From contig CALKVC010000094.1 in assembly GCA_937996595.1 (NCBI GenBank), positions 12,202 to 76,201 on the forward strand: a DNA stretch of 64,000 bases. The letters run 5' to 3'. Source of the DNA: an uncultured Chitinophagaceae bacterium. Lineage in GTDB: Bacteria > Bacteroidota > Bacteroidia > Chitinophagales > Chitinophagaceae. The notes under the pieces were generated by a model. It was not told where the DNA came from and did not search any database. It worked only from the letters and a program-made list of their open reading frames with translations. Shown here piece by piece: positions 46,859 through 57,378 of the stretch (positions are counted from its first letter, which is position 1; every line of letters begins with the position of its first letter). Both the position numbers and the translations under genes were made by a program.

Positions 46859-48718
46859 TTAGTTTACATCAAATACAGTAGCAGATTTTGGGTTAACATA
46901 AATCCCCGATTTGATATCAACTTGTTCATTGGATATTATATTCAGAGCATGGGTCTTGCCTTTTAATATCTCAGCAAAACGTTTTGCATCAACCGAAACC
47001 TCTTTATCGTTTTTATTCATCACCACCATAATCGTTTTGTCCCTGCTATAGCGGAAATAAACATACACACCATCAAACGGTGCAAAGTGCAATGTTTGGC
47101 CATTGGCAATAACCGAATTTGTCTTTCGCCAGTTTAATAACTGTTTTAAATAAGCCTGTACAGATAGTTGATCTGCATTCAATCCTTCTCCTGCAAATGC
47201 ATTTATTTTATCATCCTTCCATCCGCCCGGAAAATCAGAACGTATCAAGCCATCGTTTTTATGATGCGGTGTATTGTCCATCAAAATTTCAGTGCCATAG
47301 TATATTTGTGGTATGCCACGGATGGTTAATAAATACGTTATAGCCATTTTGGCTAAAGCCACATCCTGCTTCAACTGCATGAACAAGCGATCCATGTCAT
47401 GGTTATCACCTATCAATAAGATTTGATTGGGATCGGGGTAAACAAAATCATTAGCCAATGCTTCATACAATTTTGTAAATGGCGCATTGTAAGATTCGCC
47501 TTCCTCTCCATTTAAGGATTGTACCAATGCAGCCTGCAGGGGGAAATCCATCACTGTATTCAGGCATCCTGTATAACCATCATGATTTTTCTTTCCTTTT
47601 TGCCAGTAAGAAGCAATTAATGGATTCGTGCTCCACTCTTCACCCACGATGCTAAAATTGGGGTATTCATTCATGATGGTACAGCTCCAGTTTTTTAAAA
47701 AGGTTTTATCGCTGTAGCCATAAGTATCCTGCCTTACGCCGCCCAACTGTAATGTTTCAATCCACCAGATAGTGTTTTGAATGAGATAATTCGCCAAAAA
47801 AGGATTTTGCCCGTTCAAGTCGGGCATGGTCTTATCAAACCAGCCCTTGCTCCATAAATTTCTATCATAGTCAGAAGCATATATATCCTGGTTCACTGTA
47901 CGGAGATGATTGGTGACCATATACTTGTCTGGGTAATTCAACCAGTCTTTAAACGGCAAATCATGCATCCACCAGAAATTGCTGCCAGTATGATTCAGCA
48001 CCTCATCAAAAATTAATTTCATCCCCCTTTGACGCATCTTAACCGACAGTTCTTTGTAATCATCAAGGGTTCCATACCGTGGATCCACCTTGTAGTGGTT
48101 GGTAATGGCATAACCATGATAAGAATAAGCAGGCATATCATTTTCCAGCATCGGTGTGGGCCAAATGGCAGTGAAGCCAAAATCTTTTATATAATCCAGG
48201 TGATTGATAATGCCACGTATATCGCCACCATGTCTTCCACCAGGAAAAGTTCTGTCAATTTTGTTTTCTTTCATGCTTTCCACCACATCATTACGGTAAT
48301 CTCCATTGGCAAAGCGGTCGGGCACTAATAAGTAAATCGCATCCGAAGAATTAAACCCTTTAAATGCGGATGCGTCTTGCTCTCTTTTTTTCAACTCATA
48401 ACGATAGCTGTATACTTCTTTTCCCGCTTTTTTAAAACTTATAGCTAAGATGCCCTGCTTGGCAGCTTTTGTAATGTGTAAATCAATAAAGAGATAATGC
48501 TTACTATCCCCTTTTGTTATTTTTTTTATTGTTACTCCAGGATAATTTATTTGCGGCGTCGTTTCGCCAATATTGTTTCCATTAACCAGCAGTTGCAGGT
48601 TAGGGTTCTTCATACCCACCCACCAGTTGATCGGTTCCACATGGTGGATTTGGCAGAAAACATTTATACAAATAAAATTTGCCAGTAAAATAATTGAGAA
48701 CAGGTTTATTATCTTCAT
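46859..48718 (-). CDS. GH13 alpha-amylase family enzyme (cyclomaltodextrinase/neopullulanase-like) with signal peptide
   Basis: 619 aa with GH13 regions (DEVLNHTG, GGVRQD, GEEWS, GDNHDMDR). Confidence 0.85.
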   Translation of the reverse strand: MKIINLFSIILLANFICINVFCQIHHVEPINWWVGMKNPNLQLLVNGNNIGETTPQINYPGVTIKKITKGDSKHYLFIDLHITKAAKQGILAISFKKAGKEVYSYRYELKKREQDASAFKGFNSSDAIYLLVPDRFANGDYRNDVVESMKENKIDRTFPGGRHGGDIRGIINHLDYIKDFGFTAIWPTPMLENDMPAYSYHGYAITNHYKVDPRYGTLDDYKELSVKMRQRGMKLIFDEVLNHTGSNFWWMHDLPFKDWLNYPDKYMVTNHLRTVNQDIYASDYDRNLWSKGWFDKTMPDLNGQNPFLANYLIQNTIWWIETLQLGGVRQDTYGYSDKTFLKNWSCTIMNEYPNFSIVGEEWSTNPLIASYWQKGKKNHDGYTGCLNTVMDFPLQAALVQSLNGEEGESYNAPFTKLYEALANDFVYPDPNQILLIGDNHDMDRLFMQLKQDVALAKMAITYLLTIRGIPQIYYGTEILMDNTPHHKNDGLIRSDFPGGWKDDKINAFAGEGLNADQLSVQAYLKQLLNWRKTNSVIANGQTLHFAPFDGVYVYFRYSRDKTIMVVMNKNDKEVSVDAKRFAEILKGKTHALNIISNEQVDIKSGIYVNPKSATVFDVN

Positions 48719-48744
48719 AACGTAAATTTCTTATTCACTCTAAG

Positions 48745-50862
48745 TTAAAACTGTAATGTACCGCCGGCTGAGATTTCTTTATGCCTCAATTTAAAATCGT
48801 TGAGAGGCTGATTGTTTAACCTTACCGATTGGGCATTTTTGTTTCTGATCTTTAATAATTTTCCATCTTTCAAGTAAACAATAGCACTTTCTACCTGTGG
48901 TTTGCCAATTACATATTCACCACCTGCAGGGTTCACCGGATAAAACCCTAGTGTTGAAAAAATATACCAGGCACTCATTTGTCCGCAGTCTTCGTTCCCA
49001 ATCATGCCAGTAGTGGTGTTATCATAAAACTCATTGCAGATTTGTGTGATAAGCTCCTTTCCTCTTTCCGGTTTGTCTGAATACGCATACAGGTAAGCAA
49101 TATGATGACTCGGCTCATTGCCATGCGCATATTGACCAATCATAGCCTCCTGTCCCAAATGCTTGTTGGGGTTAAGTGCTTTGATGCTGAAGAAACTGTC
49201 TAACTGTGCTGTAAACATTTTCTTGCCACCCATTAGTTGTATCATGCCTTCTACATCATATTGTGCAGGTGTCCAGAAATATTGCCAGGCATTTGCTTCA
49301 GTATAATCACCAGGATTGTTCAAGGGTGATGTAGCTATTAATGGATTGAATGGAGAACGCCAGTTTCCCTTGCTGTCTTTACCACGCATTTGTTTAGTGG
49401 AAGCATCGTATAAGTTTGTATAATATCTTGCCCGTTTGTAAAAAATAGAAGCAATGTCCCGCTTACCCATTTTATCTGCCAATAATGCAATACAGTAATC
49501 GTCAACGCCATGTTCTAACGTTCTTGAAACAGCTTCATTATCCAGACTGTCAAAAGGATAATAGCCATATTTGTTGAGCAACGTCCAGTTGCTGTTGATA
49601 TGATTTTTGGTCGTTGATTCTATCATTTGCTGCAAGGCTTGTTCTACATCAAAACCAGTAAAGCCTTTGTTGTATGCATCTGTAATTACAGGAATCGCAT
49701 GGTTACCAACCATACAATAATTATCTTTTCCCCATGCTGTCCAGATTGGCAAAAAGCCCGCAGCTTTGCAGTGTTCGATCATGCTGTTGATAAAACCGTT
49801 TACTTTTTCCGGTGCTACTAAAGTATATAAAGGATGAGCCGCACGGTAAGTATCCCAAAGCGAAAGGGTGGAATAGTATTCGCCATTCTTTGCTGTTCTT
49901 ATGGAATCGTCAGCTCCACGGTACTTGCCATCCACATCCGCAATATTTGATGGTTGAATAAACAACCGGTACATGCAACTATAGAATATTTCCTTTTGCT
50001 TCTTCTCTGCGTTAATTTCTATTCTGCTTAAATAACTGTTCCATACTTTTTTATTATTGGTAACAACAGCCTTGAAATCCCAGCCAGTTAACTCAGTTTG
50101 TAAATTGTTTTTTGCGCCCTCAACACTTACAGATGATAAAGCAATTTTTGTTTGGAGGAGTTTATCTTTCAAATTAAAGCCAAGTACATAACGGGGTGCA
50201 GCTTCTTTTGATTTTCTTTCCAATACAATTACTGAAGTAAACGGCTGATTGAATTGTATGCTGAAAAAGTATCTACGCTCAACCCAGTTCTTTTTATGGC
50301 ACCATCCACTGATGGTTTTATTATCTTCAATTTTTACATTGCTTTCTAGAACTACACTGTCATTAAGAAAACGCAGACCATGTTGCAAATCAACCAGCAG
50401 CTTTGAAGATGATGATGGATAAGTATATTGATGAAAAGCAACCCGTTCAGTACATGTCAATTCTACTTTTACGCGATTATTTAATGTAACTGTATAATAA
50501 CCCGGTGACGCTTTTTCTGTTTCTTTTAAATAGGTTTCACCGAAGTTATCCTTTTTATCGCCGCTGAAAGGTTGCAGCAGTACATCCCCAAATTCATTAA
50601 TACCTGTGCCATTTGCCCTTGTTTGAGAAAATCCCAGGATGATGCTGTCTTTGTACTGATAGCCACTGGTATAATCCCAACCATTGTCTCTGTTATCAGG
50701 CCCCGGCTGCACCATTCCAAAGGGCATGCATGGGCCGGGGAAAGTATGACCCGTACCCTCGGTACCGATAAAAGGATTGACGTATTGGGTGTAATCGATT
50801 TGCATTTTTTCTTTACAGGAAAAAACACAAAGAATCATTAAGGCATATACTATTTTTTTCAT
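48745..50862 (-). CDS. GH92 family glycoside hydrolase (alpha-mannosidase-like)
   Basis: 705 aa with the typical GH92 N-terminus NPFIGTEGTGHTFPGPCMPFGMVQPGPDN, plus GNEPSHH and NEDCGQMSAW. Confidence 0.9.
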   Translation of the reverse strand: MKKIVYALMILCVFSCKEKMQIDYTQYVNPFIGTEGTGHTFPGPCMPFGMVQPGPDNRDNGWDYTSGYQYKDSIILGFSQTRANGTGINEFGDVLLQPFSGDKKDNFGETYLKETEKASPGYYTVTLNNRVKVELTCTERVAFHQYTYPSSSSKLLVDLQHGLRFLNDSVVLESNVKIEDNKTISGWCHKKNWVERRYFFSIQFNQPFTSVIVLERKSKEAAPRYVLGFNLKDKLLQTKIALSSVSVEGAKNNLQTELTGWDFKAVVTNNKKVWNSYLSRIEINAEKKQKEIFYSCMYRLFIQPSNIADVDGKYRGADDSIRTAKNGEYYSTLSLWDTYRAAHPLYTLVAPEKVNGFINSMIEHCKAAGFLPIWTAWGKDNYCMVGNHAIPVITDAYNKGFTGFDVEQALQQMIESTTKNHINSNWTLLNKYGYYPFDSLDNEAVSRTLEHGVDDYCIALLADKMGKRDIASIFYKRARYYTNLYDASTKQMRGKDSKGNWRSPFNPLIATSPLNNPGDYTEANAWQYFWTPAQYDVEGMIQLMGGKKMFTAQLDSFFSIKALNPNKHLGQEAMIGQYAHGNEPSHHIAYLYAYSDKPERGKELITQICNEFYDNTTTGMIGNEDCGQMSAWYIFSTLGFYPVNPAGGEYVIGKPQVESAIVYLKDGKLLKIRNKNAQSVRLNNQPLNDFKLRHKEISAGGTLQF

Positions 50863-50867
50863 TCCAG

Positions 50868-52430
50868 TTATTTTATCTTAAAAACAGCCACTTCATAAGG
50901 ATTCAGTACAACAGTGTTCTTTGTAACAATATTATTCCCAAGCAGCGGTATATATTTTTTATATGCATCTCTAAACACCGAAATTTGTTTCACATCACTA
51001 AGATTTACAGCAACCAGTACTTTACGTTGATTCCTAGTTCTGTAAAAACTAAACACATGGCTGTTATTATTCCAGGCATTCTCATATTTGCCATTTGCCA
51101 ATGCAAGATTACTTTGCTTAAGCCTGATTAATTTTTTATAATAATTAAATAAAGAGCTTTCGTTATTTAATTGTTCCTCCAGTGATATACCATCATTTGC
51201 TTTCAGGCTGGTTTTATCCCACCACTCGCCAGTATTTTTATACCATATTGCCATTCCCTTTCCTTCAGCAGCTTTATACCATTCAAATGCTTCCCGGCAG
51301 GGAATGCCGTTTCCATCCGTATTACCAAGAATCCCAAAAGTGCCTTTCATTCCAATCTCCTGCCCATAATAAATAGAAGGAATTCCTCCAATTAACATCA
51401 TTATTGCAGCAGCTGCTCTTTGCTTTTCACTATTTTCTTCCAGTGTAGCATACCTGAACATGTCGTGGTTTTCTATAAATACAATTTGCTCTTTTCCTTT
51501 GGGGCATTGTACTAGAACAGTATCCGCCTTATTTATAAGTTGCTGTTTGTCAAACGATATAATAGCTGATTGCAGACCAAACGCAAACATTCTGTCAACA
51601 CCGGCTCTTTCAAAATATGCAAATCCATAGTCTTTCCAGTTGGCTTGTTCTGCCACGTTTTTAAGCTTAGGATTTATTTCTTTCAGTGAACGAAGCAACG
51701 GTTGCCAGAATTCCACAAATAGATTCGTAAGCGCCAGCTTTCCATCCAGGTTATCCATTGCATGATCTAGCCTGAAACCATCTGCCCCGTCGTCAAATTT
51801 TCCGTCTTTATTTGGGTCAACAAAAAAGGAGAATAATTTTCTATTATAATCCAATACTTTTTTGCTTCGCAGATTTACAGTGGTGATTTTGATTAATGAA
51901 CCATCATAACTATTCAATCCTCTCAAATCAGCCACAATTGTGGCAGGAATAGTGTGGGTTGAGTCTTCGAATAATATATAATCACTGAACATAGATTTCA
52001 GGTTACCCACAGCATCTTTCCACCATACGTGTTTTTCGGTAACATACTGTGTTTCCATATCAAGATAAATTCTCATTCCGCGCCTGTGCACTTCTTTCAC
52101 TAATGAAATATACTCCTGCATGGTTCCATATTCTACATCTATTTTTTCAAAGTTGTTTGCAAAATAGTTGTGATAACAATCTGCGTCGTATAGTGGTAAA
52201 AGCAGGATAGATGTAATGCCTAAATCCTGCAGATAAGATAATTTTTGTTTGAGACCATTAAGGTCGCCTTGTGCATCACCATTACTATCGAAATAACTAC
52301 GCAGGAAAACATGGTAAATAATTTCGCCTTTATCGCTTGCCCTGCCTTTTTGCGAACAAACGCTTGAAGTTTTCATAAGGAAAACAAACAATAGAGCTAT
52401 GTATTTTTTTATGCTATTTTCAAAGTTCAT
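50868..52430 (-). CDS. GH13 alpha-amylase family enzyme
   Basis: 520 aa with GFRLDHAM and ENHDMFR. Confidence 0.85.
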   Translation of the reverse strand: MNFENSIKKYIALLFVFLMKTSSVCSQKGRASDKGEIIYHVFLRSYFDSNGDAQGDLNGLKQKLSYLQDLGITSILLLPLYDADCYHNYFANNFEKIDVEYGTMQEYISLVKEVHRRGMRIYLDMETQYVTEKHVWWKDAVGNLKSMFSDYILFEDSTHTIPATIVADLRGLNSYDGSLIKITTVNLRSKKVLDYNRKLFSFFVDPNKDGKFDDGADGFRLDHAMDNLDGKLALTNLFVEFWQPLLRSLKEINPKLKNVAEQANWKDYGFAYFERAGVDRMFAFGLQSAIISFDKQQLINKADTVLVQCPKGKEQIVFIENHDMFRYATLEENSEKQRAAAAIMMLIGGIPSIYYGQEIGMKGTFGILGNTDGNGIPCREAFEWYKAAEGKGMAIWYKNTGEWWDKTSLKANDGISLEEQLNNESSLFNYYKKLIRLKQSNLALANGKYENAWNNNSHVFSFYRTRNQRKVLVAVNLSDVKQISVFRDAYKKYIPLLGNNIVTKNTVVLNPYEVAVFKIK

Positions 52431-54090
52431 AAATCACTGCTTCATATGGCTTAAAGATCTTTCCTTTTGAAGGTTCTGCATAATTGCCAATTAAAACTGT
52501 ACTTCCGTCCATTTTTATAGCTGTACTAAGTGATGCTTCCCTGTCAGAAAAGTTTAATACCACTAATAGTTTTTTTTCATTCCATTCTCGTGTGTATGCA
52601 AAGATTAGTGTGTTATTTTCGTCAACCAATTCGAACAAACCATACACCAATGTCAAATTCGCTTTACGAAGTGCAATGATTTTTCTGAAATAATTCAAAA
52701 CAGAATCACTACGTGTTTCCTGTTCCTCAACATTAACAGTTGTATAATTTTTATTTACAGCCAGCCAGGGCCTGCCTGTTGTGAAGCCTGCATGTGTGCT
52801 GCTGTTCCATTGCATAGGTGTTCTGCCATTGTCTCTGCTAATGGCAGCATGTGATCGTAAAAATCCTTCATAATCACCGCCGTTATTTTTTAACTGGTTG
52901 TAATAATTGATGGTATATAAATCTTCGTATGCATCAATACTAGTGTGGTTGGTATTAGTCATTCCAATTTCATCACCATTATAAATGTAAGGTGTAGCCC
53001 TCATGCTCAATAAAAAAGTATGCAACATTTTTGCTGAAAGTTCTCTGTATCTGTCACTGTCATTTCCAAAGCGGCTTGTCATTCGGCTCATATCATGATT
53101 GCCGAGATAGATGGTTCCCCAGCCCTTCTCAGCAAAAACTTTATCCCACCTCACAAATATTTTTTTCCATTCCACTAAATTCCTGTTGGTATCATCAGCA
53201 TACATAAAATTATCTTTGCTGATACCAAATCCGGTATGGTCAAAATGATAAAAGGTTTGAAGTTCATTACGGTCTTCATCCACAAACAGCAAAGCATCGT
53301 CAATACTTACACCGGATGCTTCTCCAACATTCATACAATCATATCCAGAGAACACTTCCCGGTGCATCTCATTCAAATACGCATGCAAATGCGGACCCTT
53401 TGCATAATAAGGAAACCAATCACTCACAGCCATACCATTTGGTAATTCAGGAAAAGCAATGTCTTTCGAAATACAGGTAATCACATCCATCCTGAAACCA
53501 TCAATGCCTTTATCCATCCAGAATTTCATCATGTCATACACTTCGCTTCTTACCTGCGGATTCTCCCAATTTAAATCAGGCTGCTTTTCACTAAATATAT
53601 GCAGGTAATAACTGCTGGTGGCTGCATCATACTTCCACGCACTGCTTTGTTCATCAAAAATACTCCAGCGGTAGGGAGGCTTACCCCTTTCTGCATCCCA
53701 CCAATGATAATAATTTCTGTAAGGGTTATCCCTTGATTTTTTACTTTCTTTAAACCATTGATGTTCATCACTGGTATGGTTAACCACCAAATCCATAATC
53801 AACTTTATTCCCCGGTCATGCAATCCGTTCAGCAATACATCAAAATCTTCCATGGTGCCAAACTGTTTCATTATGGCACGGTAATCAGAAATATCATAAC
53901 CCATATCATCGTTGGGAGATTCATACACGGGGTTCATCCAAACCACATCAATTCCCAAACTCTTGATATAGTCCAATTTTTCAATAATTCCTTTCAAGTC
54001 GCCAATGCCATCGCCATTTGTATCTTTAAAACTTCTCGGATACAATTGATATACCACCACTTCTTTCCACCAATTTCGTTTAACTAACAT
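52420..54090 (-). CDS. GH13 alpha-glucosidase (oligo-1,6-glucosidase / trehalose-6-P hydrolase type), cytoplasmic
   Basis: 556 aa with WWKEVVVYQLYPRSFKD, DLVVNHTSDEH, GFRMDVI and GNHDMSR. No signal peptide. Confidence 0.9.
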   Translation of the reverse strand: MLVKRNWWKEVVVYQLYPRSFKDTNGDGIGDLKGIIEKLDYIKSLGIDVVWMNPVYESPNDDMGYDISDYRAIMKQFGTMEDFDVLLNGLHDRGIKLIMDLVVNHTSDEHQWFKESKKSRDNPYRNYYHWWDAERGKPPYRWSIFDEQSSAWKYDAATSSYYLHIFSEKQPDLNWENPQVRSEVYDMMKFWMDKGIDGFRMDVITCISKDIAFPELPNGMAVSDWFPYYAKGPHLHAYLNEMHREVFSGYDCMNVGEASGVSIDDALLFVDEDRNELQTFYHFDHTGFGISKDNFMYADDTNRNLVEWKKIFVRWDKVFAEKGWGTIYLGNHDMSRMTSRFGNDSDRYRELSAKMLHTFLLSMRATPYIYNGDEIGMTNTNHTSIDAYEDLYTINYYNQLKNNGGDYEGFLRSHAAISRDNGRTPMQWNSSTHAGFTTGRPWLAVNKNYTTVNVEEQETRSDSVLNYFRKIIALRKANLTLVYGLFELVDENNTLIFAYTREWNEKKLLVVLNFSDREASLSTAIKMDGSTVLIGNYAEPSKGKIFKPYEAVIYEL

Positions 54091-54100
54091 TCTGCAATTT

Positions 54101-55870
54101 TTATTTCCCTAATAGAAAAAGAAGTGGAATATGCAATCTTTTGTTCCATGATTTCTCGCTATGGTCAACTCCAGGAAAGTACTTTGTAATCCAACTCTTT
54201 TCCGTGAACCCTTTGGCTTGCATAATGGCATCTGCTTTTCTTTGCCATGGGGGATATAGTGCATCCAGCGTTTGATCGCCACAGTCGAAATAAATTTTAT
54301 GGCTTTTTGGGTTAGGGAGATGCTTGCTCAAATACGTCACAAAAGCATCTGGCAAAGGATTTCCTTCGATTGAAAATATTCCTGGCCAATGCGTACTTAG
54401 ACAGGCAGCACCACCAAAAACATTGGGGTATTCACAAATGGCATACATCGAAATCAGACCGCCCATACTGCTGCCTGCAATGAATGTATTCTTACTGTCG
54501 GTATGTGTGGGATATGTTTTATCGATAAATGGTTTTAGTTCTGAAACCAAAAACCTTAAATAATTATCTGATACAGGTTTAAATACATCCTTTGTTCTTG
54601 CTGCCCTTTGCAATTGTGCTGAAATGGTATCCTGCTGCGCTACGGTCAAACTTTCATAGGGCTTTTGTGGAAAATAATCTGCATGCCTTGTATTTTGTCC
54701 GTTCCAGACACCAACCACTATCAGGTCCTTAATTTTATTTCCACGCAAAAGTGCTGTCAGTACATTGTCCACATCCCAACTCTGACGATTCCATGTTACG
54801 TCGGCATCAAAAAGGCTTTGTCCATCATTCATATACAAAACAGCATATCGCCTTTTTGGATCAAAGTTTTCAGGAAGCCATACTTCCACATTTCTTTCAG
54901 AAACAAATCTCGATTCAAAATCAGGATATTTTTCTATCCTGCCGGCAGATACTTTTTGTTCAGGAGCTTTCCCTAATAAAAAAGTAACAGGTATATGCAG
55001 ACGGTTTGTCCAGTCTGTTTCATTATGTCCGGTATGGTTAAATACTTCGCTTTTATAATTTCCATTACTGAAACCTTTCTCTTTCATAATAACATCAACA
55101 AACTTTTGGTAAACACTATACATACTGTCCATTTCTTCCGTGCCATGATCCATATAGATTTTATGTCCGAAGGGGGATGGGGCATTTTTTTGCAGATAGT
55201 TGAATGCACCCAAAGGCAACTCAAAATTCATTTCGTCCCGGCTTACCCAGGCGATAGATAAACAAGCTGCTCCACCAAAAACCTGTGGATATTCTGAAAG
55301 GGCATACATAGAAATCATCCCTCCCATGCTTGAGCCCATTATATAGGTGCCGGTCCTGTCGGCATTTACAGAAAATGTCTTATTGATAAAAGGCCTTAAT
55401 TCTTCTACAATAAATTTTAAGTAGTTATCAGATTGCAACTTATTTTGCAAATAGGTACTACAAAATTCCTTTTTATAATCCTCTGTAACCGTATTCAGGT
55501 ATTTTTGGGGAAAGTATTCTGAATGACGGTATTTGCCATTATTCCATATTGCTACAACAATACACTTCTCAATCTTATTTTCTCTAATCAACTTGCCAAA
55601 TACTTCATCTACTTGCCATTCTTTGCGGCTCCATGTTTGTGCTGAATCAAAAAGCATCTGACCATCATGTATGTACACCACATTGTATTTTTTTGTAGAG
55701 GCATAGTTATCAGGTAACCAAACATCCACATTTCTTGAATCCACAAATTTTGAAGAAAACTTTTCAAATCGTTGAATAGTGCCCGATGAAACTACTGGCA
55801 ATTGCGCTAAAGCAAAATTGTTATAGAGAAAAACGAATAGAATTGATATGTTTAAACGAATCATAAACAA
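54101..55870 (-). CDS. tandem-duplicated alpha/beta-hydrolase (esterase D / putative esterase family)
   Basis: 589 aa made of two homologous ~280-aa halves, each with GSSMGG(M/L)ISMYA and a C-terminal RLHIP..FLLGK. Confidence 0.8.
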   Translation of the reverse strand: MFMIRLNISILFVFLYNNFALAQLPVVSSGTIQRFEKFSSKFVDSRNVDVWLPDNYASTKKYNVVYIHDGQMLFDSAQTWSRKEWQVDEVFGKLIRENKIEKCIVVAIWNNGKYRHSEYFPQKYLNTVTEDYKKEFCSTYLQNKLQSDNYLKFIVEELRPFINKTFSVNADRTGTYIMGSSMGGMISMYALSEYPQVFGGAACLSIAWVSRDEMNFELPLGAFNYLQKNAPSPFGHKIYMDHGTEEMDSMYSVYQKFVDVIMKEKGFSNGNYKSEVFNHTGHNETDWTNRLHIPVTFLLGKAPEQKVSAGRIEKYPDFESRFVSERNVEVWLPENFDPKRRYAVLYMNDGQSLFDADVTWNRQSWDVDNVLTALLRGNKIKDLIVVGVWNGQNTRHADYFPQKPYESLTVAQQDTISAQLQRAARTKDVFKPVSDNYLRFLVSELKPFIDKTYPTHTDSKNTFIAGSSMGGLISMYAICEYPNVFGGAACLSTHWPGIFSIEGNPLPDAFVTYLSKHLPNPKSHKIYFDCGDQTLDALYPPWQRKADAIMQAKGFTEKSWITKYFPGVDHSEKSWNKRLHIPLLFLLGK

Positions 55871-55879
55871 ATATTCATT

Positions 55880-57370
55880 TTATGAATGGTTGACTTTTGA
55901 TTCCCTTACAAACAACCAGCTAATCAACGATATTACCAGGCTGATCGTAATAATTAAAAAAAGTACCGCATAATCACCTGAATCATGCACCACTTTTGAA
56001 ATGCCCGGCGTCATCATGGCAGGTAATACAATACTGAAATTAAACAACCCCATGAACATACCCATCTTATTGGCATTCACTTTTTCCGTCATGATGGCAA
56101 ACACTATGGATATTACGGCCGACCAGCCAATGCCGCAAATAATCATCCCAATGTAAAATATGCTTTCTTTCGCGCCGGCAATGTATAACAGAAAGTACCC
56201 TCCTGCCATGCAGGCGATGGCAACAGTATAAACTTTTACTTTTCCCATTCGTTCACTTAAAGGCTCCAGCAACAGCACAGGCAACAATGCACCAACAAAA
56301 TTCAACAACAAAAAACCCAGTGATAAAATATTCCCGGCAGTTTGTTCATTGGTTTGCTCTGTGCCAGTAAAGAATTTTGAAAATGAATTTGCCATCACAT
56401 TTGATGTATTAAGACCGGGCATTATTTTTTCTCTGATAAAAAAATAACTCATAACAAACATACTCTGTATGCCCAGCCAGCTAAACGAATGTGCCAGTAA
56501 TATTTTTTGAAAATCATTGGTATCAGAAGGTTTTTTTCTTCCTTTCCAGATAGTGTATGCACCCAGCAGCAACGTGGTGGCAATACAAACATACATTACC
56601 CTTGTTTGAATGCGATCCCATCCCCCATTCAAGATCATTTTATTAATTACCACAAACAACCCAAATATAATAAAACCATAGAGCGGCAATAGTAGCTTAA
56701 TACCATCCAATATGGAAGAATTGCTTTTGACTTGTTTTGCTGCTGTTTCATTTGTGTGTAATACACGTGGTTCTTTTACAAATAATACCGGAACAACAGA
56801 GAATAGCAAAACCACGATTGCTGCAACATAAATTAGCACCATGTTGCCAAACGACATGGAAACAAAGTAAGCACCAATGCCAAATGTGCCGCTCACCACC
56901 TGCATCCACGAAAAACCTTTAGTGCGTTCAATACCGGGTGGTGTAACATCGGCAATGATGGCTCTTGCCGGATTGAAAGTAACATTGATGCTCATATCCA
57001 AAAACAATGAAACAACAATTGCCACCGTAAAAATGGTAAGCCCCATTGATTTGCTAATAACATCAATATACGGCAATGCCATAAGCATAGCGGCACCCAA
57101 TACACCTCCAATAACAATGTATGGTTTTCTTCTTCCGCCCATAAACCAGCTTTTATCACTCATCATGCCCACAATGGGTTGAGCAATAATTCCTGATAAT
57201 GGCCCTGCCAACCAAACAAGTGCCACATCTTCAATATGTAAATTGTATTTCGTACTCAATATCCAGCTAAGTGTTGCCACCTGTGTTGACAAACAAAAAC
57301 CAACCGCTGTTGCAGGCAAACTAAGCAGTGTATAAAAAGTATTCGTTAATTTCTTCTGGATGGCAAGCAT
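55880..57370 (-). CDS. MFS/GPH-type sugar:cation symporter (SLC45/sucrose-maltose permease-like)
   Basis: 496 aa with ~12 TM helices and the loop motif MSDKSWFMGGRRKPY. Confidence 0.8.
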   Translation of the reverse strand: MLAIQKKLTNTFYTLLSLPATAVGFCLSTQVATLSWILSTKYNLHIEDVALVWLAGPLSGIIAQPIVGMMSDKSWFMGGRRKPYIVIGGVLGAAMLMALPYIDVISKSMGLTIFTVAIVVSLFLDMSINVTFNPARAIIADVTPPGIERTKGFSWMQVVSGTFGIGAYFVSMSFGNMVLIYVAAIVVLLFSVVPVLFVKEPRVLHTNETAAKQVKSNSSILDGIKLLLPLYGFIIFGLFVVINKMILNGGWDRIQTRVMYVCIATTLLLGAYTIWKGRKKPSDTNDFQKILLAHSFSWLGIQSMFVMSYFFIREKIMPGLNTSNVMANSFSKFFTGTEQTNEQTAGNILSLGFLLLNFVGALLPVLLLEPLSERMGKVKVYTVAIACMAGGYFLLYIAGAKESIFYIGMIICGIGWSAVISIVFAIMTEKVNANKMGMFMGLFNFSIVLPAMMTPGISKVVHDSGDYAVLFLIITISLVISLISWLFVRESKVNHS

Positions 57371-57378
57371 GAAATTAT

